Shown piece after piece: positions 21,074 through 24,000 of a stretch of 24,000 bases of DNA; position 1 is the first letter of the stretch; each line of letters starts with the position of its first letter. The position numbers and the translations under genes are program-made. This DNA is from Pseudomonadota bacterium (GTDB taxonomy: Bacteria; Pseudomonadota; Gammaproteobacteria; Halothiobacillales; Halothiobacillaceae). Location: positions 13,917-37,916 of the forward strand of contig JBFLVZ010000011.1 in NCBI GenBank assembly GCA_040758295.1, read 5' to 3'. The notes below the pieces were generated by a model. That model saw only the letters and a list, made by a program, of their open reading frames with translations, did not search any database and was not told the DNA's origin.

Positions 21074-22398
21074 GCAGGCCGTTGAAAAAATGCCCATCGA
21101 AGCGGCCATGTACCCGTTTGCATGGGTCCGAAGCCAGCGCAAGCCGTTTTTTATGGCTCCGACAGCCGCTTGGGCTCCCCCTTTGGGAGCTGCTCGCCCA
21201 TTTTGGGCGCACTGACCCCTGATTCACACATGATGCGCATCCCACCAGCCAGCGATGGAGCCCATGCGCACCAGGTTGTACGCGGCAAAGCACATCAGCG
21301 CCTGCCCTGCCAGCTTGGCATGCCCGATGAGCCGGGTCTTGGCCAGACCGCCCACGGTCTTGCTCCAGCCAAAGGCTTCTTCGATGCGTTTGCGCACCCT
21401 CAGGCTGACCTTATAGCCTTCGTGCCGCTGGGTGCGTGCGTCAATGGCCGAGTGCTTGGCTTTGGCCGCCACGTGCGGGGTCATGCCCAGCTTGCGGCAG
21501 CCTTGGACAAAGGCACGGCAGTCATAGCCCTTGTCCGCCACCACGGTGAGTCGGCGGACTTTGCGCTTTTGGCGCTCGAGCATCTTGAGTGCGGCCTGCC
21601 GCTCGGCCGTGCCGCTGGCATGGGTGATTTCGACGTCCACCACCAGCCCGTGGCGGTTGTCCATGAGGATATGCCCCATGTGGCACAGACGGGACTTGTC
21701 GCCTGCGGCCTTCTTGAACAGCCGCGCATCGGCATCGGTCGTGCTTGCGTGGGTGTCGTTGCGGCGCTGCTCGCCTTTGAAGTCAACCTCGGCGTTTCGC
21801 CCCGCAGTCGGTGTGTGGTCGTCGTCTTTGCGCTTGAAGCTTTTGTGCGAGGCCCAGGCCTCAATGAGTGTGCCGTCGACGCTGAAGTGCTCGTCGCCGA
21901 TCAACTTTGCCCACTGCGCGGTGTATTTGACCCGCTCGAAGAACATACGGGCGAGGTCTTCGTTGAAGAGGCGCTCGCGGTTGGCGCTGAAGGTGGAGTG
22001 GTCCCAGACCTTGTCCTCGATGTTCAGGCCCACGAACCAGCGGTACAGCAGGTTGTAGTCGATGGCCTCCACCAGCAGCCGCTCGCTGCGGATGGAAAAC
22101 AGGATCTGCAGCAGCAGTGCCTTGAGCAGCATTTCGGGCGGCACCGAAGGGCGGCCACGGCGGGCATAGACCGCCTCGAACTCTGTGCTCATGCTGGCCA
22201 GCAAGGCATCGACCAGTGCCCGCAGCTTGCGCAGCGGGTGCTTGGCCGGGACCCGCTCTTCGATGCTGATGTAGCTGAACATCGCCCCCTGAAAGTTCTG
22301 TGTGCCTCTCATCTTCGCCGTCTGCTGTCTCGTCGTCGCCGTGGCTCACATGGTACCGGCAGCACGGACGGCTGCGGGGGAGTTTTTCAACGGCCTGC
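21074..22398 (-). mobile_element. IS5-family insertion sequence (~1325 bp) flanked by a TA duplication
   Basis: Perfect 16-bp terminal inverted repeats, GCAGGCCGTTGAAAAA at 21074-21089 and its reverse complement at 22383-22398. Similarity continues 6 nt further inward with 2 mismatches. TA lies on both flanks (21072-21073 and 22399-22400). The element encloses a single transposase ORF. Confidence 0.85.
21224..22312 (-). CDS. IS5-family DDE transposase (InsH-type N-terminal domain plus DDE_Tnp_1)
   Basis: 362 aa: ...FSYISIEERVPAKHPLRKLRALVD...GRPSVPPEMLLKALLLQILFSIRSERLLVEAIDYNLLYRWFVGL...FSVDGTLIEAWAS...LTVVADKGYD...RKRIEEAFGWSKTVGGLAKTR. Confidence 0.88.
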   Translation of the reverse strand: MRGTQNFQGAMFSYISIEERVPAKHPLRKLRALVDALLASMSTEFEAVYARRGRPSVPPEMLLKALLLQILFSIRSERLLVEAIDYNLLYRWFVGLNIEDKVWDHSTFSANRERLFNEDLARMFFERVKYTAQWAKLIGDEHFSVDGTLIEAWASHKSFKRKDDDHTPTAGRNAEVDFKGEQRRNDTHASTTDADARLFKKAAGDKSRLCHMGHILMDNRHGLVVDVEITHASGTAERQAALKMLERQKRKVRRLTVVADKGYDCRAFVQGCRKLGMTPHVAAKAKHSAIDARTQRHEGYKVSLRVRKRIEEAFGWSKTVGGLAKTRLIGHAKLAGQALMCFAAYNLVRMGSIAGWWDAHHV

Positions 22399-22482
22399 TA
22401 GGAGCTCGATGCGTACGCCATTCCGATGGGGACAGTGTCCTGAGTTACTACAGAAGGACTATGTCGCCCAATGGGGCTCGTT

Positions 22483-23181
22483 TCACGGCATGCTCGACTC
22501 CAGCAGACATTGTGCCAGACGAAAATCGAAGGCGGTGTCGATGTCCACCGATCGCTCTGCCGGCATGACATGGGCCAAGGTTTCTTCGGTGAGGAAGCTT
22601 CGCGTTTGCAGCAGCCAGTCGACCCGCGCTACGTAAATCGCGCCGTTGAGGGCGTAGAGTGTCGGTATATCCTGCCGCCGTGCGGGGCGCTGCTCAGGAG
22701 GGAGAAAGGAGTGCATACGCCCGTTATTGTTCAGGCTGAACATCCACCATGGCGAGGCACTCGCTTCGCATACGCTCACGCAGGCGGGAGCGCCGCCCGC
22801 AAGACAGTGCTCGATGGCGGCATCGATGTCTCCGACTGTGCGCAGCGGTGAGGTGGGCTGCAGAAGCACCACCCAGTCGAAGCCCGGAAGGATGTCGAGC
22901 GCGTGCAAGACGACGTCGATTCCAGGGGTGTCGTCCCGCGCCAGCGCTTGTGGGCGCACGAAAGGAATCTCTGCGCCGCATGCCCGGGCTACGGCCAGGA
23001 TCGATTCGTCGTCGGAGGACACCACTACCCGCGTCACATATCTGGAGGCCTTGGCAGCTTCGATGCTCCAGCCGATCAGCGGCTTGCCGTGCAGCGGGCG
23101 GATGTTCTTGCCGGGCAGGCCCTTGCTGCCCCCGCGCGCGGGGATGAGGGCCAGGATTCTCGGTCGTTCTTTCTCAGCCAT
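22483..23181 (-). CDS. CMP-nonulosonic acid synthetase (acylneuraminate cytidylyltransferase family; NeuA/LegF/PseF-like)
   Basis: 232 aa. N-terminal ALIPARGGSKGLPGKNI motif, QPTSPLR motif and NGAIY motif, typical of the CTP_transf_3 family. It overlaps the upstream gene by 8 nt. Confidence 0.85.
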   Translation of the reverse strand: MAEKERPRILALIPARGGSKGLPGKNIRPLHGKPLIGWSIEAAKASRYVTRVVVSSDDESILAVARACGAEIPFVRPQALARDDTPGIDVVLHALDILPGFDWVVLLQPTSPLRTVGDIDAAIEHCLAGGAPACVSVCEASASPWWMFSLNNNGRMHSFLPPEQRPARRQDIPTLYALNGAIYVARVDWLLQTRSFLTEETLAHVMPAERSVDIDTAFDFRLAQCLLESSMP

Positions 23182-24000
23182 GCTTCAGCACGCTCGCGGC
23201 GTCCTGCTGGGCCAGCTCGAAATCGTTCATGCGGCCGATGTCCAGCCAGTACTCGTGCACCGGGAACATCCGCACCTCCCGGCCCGCGGCGATCTCCGCC
23301 TTGAGGAGGTCGGGCATGTCCACGCGGGTTTCCGGCTGCATGGCGTGGACGACCTGCGGCGCGAGGACGTAGATGCCGGCGCTGACGAAAAAATGGTGCA
23401 CCGGCTTCTCGGTGATGCTGAGGATGCACTGCTCGTCGTGTTCGATGACGCCGTAGGGTACCTGGAAGTCGTACTGACGGGTGCAGACGGTGGCCGCCGG
23501 GGTGTGGCGGTCGTGGTCCTGCAGCAGGGCCTCGTAGTTCACGCGGGTCATGATGTCGCCGTTGACCACGATGATCGGGCGCTGGACCGCGTCCTTGGGC
23601 AGCAGCCCCAGGCAACCCGCCGTCCCGAGCGGGGTATCCTCGTGGATGTACTGGATGCTCACACCCCAGCGGCTGCCGTCCTGGAAGTGGTTGATGACCT
23701 GCTCGCGCAGGTAGTGGACGGAGATGTAGAAGCGGTAGAAGCCGTAGTCGACCAGATCCTGCAGGATGTGTTCGAGCATGGGCTTGCCGCCGACGGGCAG
23801 CATCGGCTTCGGGCAGGTGTCGGTCAGAGGACGCAGGCGCGTGCCGAAGCCGCCAGCCATGAGGAACACGGGATTTTCCAGCCGCGGACGCTTGAGCAGG
23901 TCGGTCAGGGTCTTGAGGCCGGCCAGCAGGCCGTGCTCGTCCACGATCGGCACCTGCAAGACCTGCGCGCTGCCGAGCAGGTGCATGGCCTGCTCCCGGC
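23174..24000 (-). CDS. CBS-domain nucleotidyltransferase (PtmE-like sugar-1-phosphate nucleotidyltransferase); N-terminus lies beyond the right edge
   Basis: The frame is open through position 24000 (REQA precedes the track Met), so Met 23986 is internal. The tail of a CBS domain (VLQVPIVDEHGLLAGL) is followed by an NTP-transferase domain (VFLMAGGFGTRLRPLTDTCPKPMLPVGGKPMLEHIL...DTPLGTAG...VNGD). Confidence 0.8.
   Translation of the reverse strand, partial: REQAMHLLGSAQVLQVPIVDEHGLLAGLKTLTDLLKRPRLENPVFLMAGGFGTRLRPLTDTCPKPMLPVGGKPMLEHILQDLVDYGFYRFYISVHYLREQVINHFQDGSRWGVSIQYIHEDTPLGTAGCLGLLPKDAVQRPIIVVNGDIMTRVNYEALLQDHDRHTPAATVCTRQYDFQVPYGVIEHDEQCILSITEKPVHHFFVSAGIYVLAPQVVHAMQPETRVDMPDLLKAEIAAGREVRMFPVHEYWLDIGRMNDFELAQQDAASVLKHG

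Noticed and set aside
20889-21293. 134-aa ORF listed as a possible intact gene.
   Set aside because: Its N-terminal ~70 residues are read-through into the non-coding end of the IS5-family element. Only the C-terminal ~60 residues resemble a protein (the IS3 OrfB tail), so it is annotated as a pseudogene fragment.

Overview
GC-rich proteobacterial chromosomal segment, gamma- or beta-proteobacterial in style. Its backbone matches the E. coli layout: lptE-leuS / ybeL ... lnt-corC-ybeY-ybeZ(phoH-like)-miaB, followed by comEA and glmS. Two parts are not backbone. (1) The slot between ybeL and lnt, which is variable in E. coli, holds a tightly coupled four-gene plus-strand operon (4036-8815). It encodes a TonB-dependent outer-membrane receptor, a signal-peptide protein with a C-terminal membrane anchor (DUF4198-like by eye), a NapH/CcoG-like membrane polyferredoxin, and a DsbD_2/UreH-like polytopic membrane protein. 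An AT-richer leader with three interlocking copies of an 8-bp half-site precedes it. I read this as a candidate redox-coupled, TonB-dependent metal acquisition pathway, and it is the best candidate for an undescribed system here. The substrate cannot be read from the sequence. (2) The right third (16.8-24 kb) is a surface-polysaccharide region broken up by insertion sequences. It contains an IS481-like transposase tail wedged between glmS and galE, and an intact IS3-family (IS629/IS51-like) element with no target duplication. A visibly lower-GC wcaJ-like initiating glycosyltransferase is boxed in by IS sequence on both sides. An IS5-family element is nested inside a decayed IS3-like orfB remnant with a TA duplication. 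Two nonulosonic-acid (legionaminic-type) activation genes run off the right edge. Two families of REP-like palindromic repeats are present, and one copy sits in-frame inside leuS. I found no rRNA, tRNA, CRISPR array or recognisable defence genes. All protein calls rest on my reading of the translations; no searches were run.
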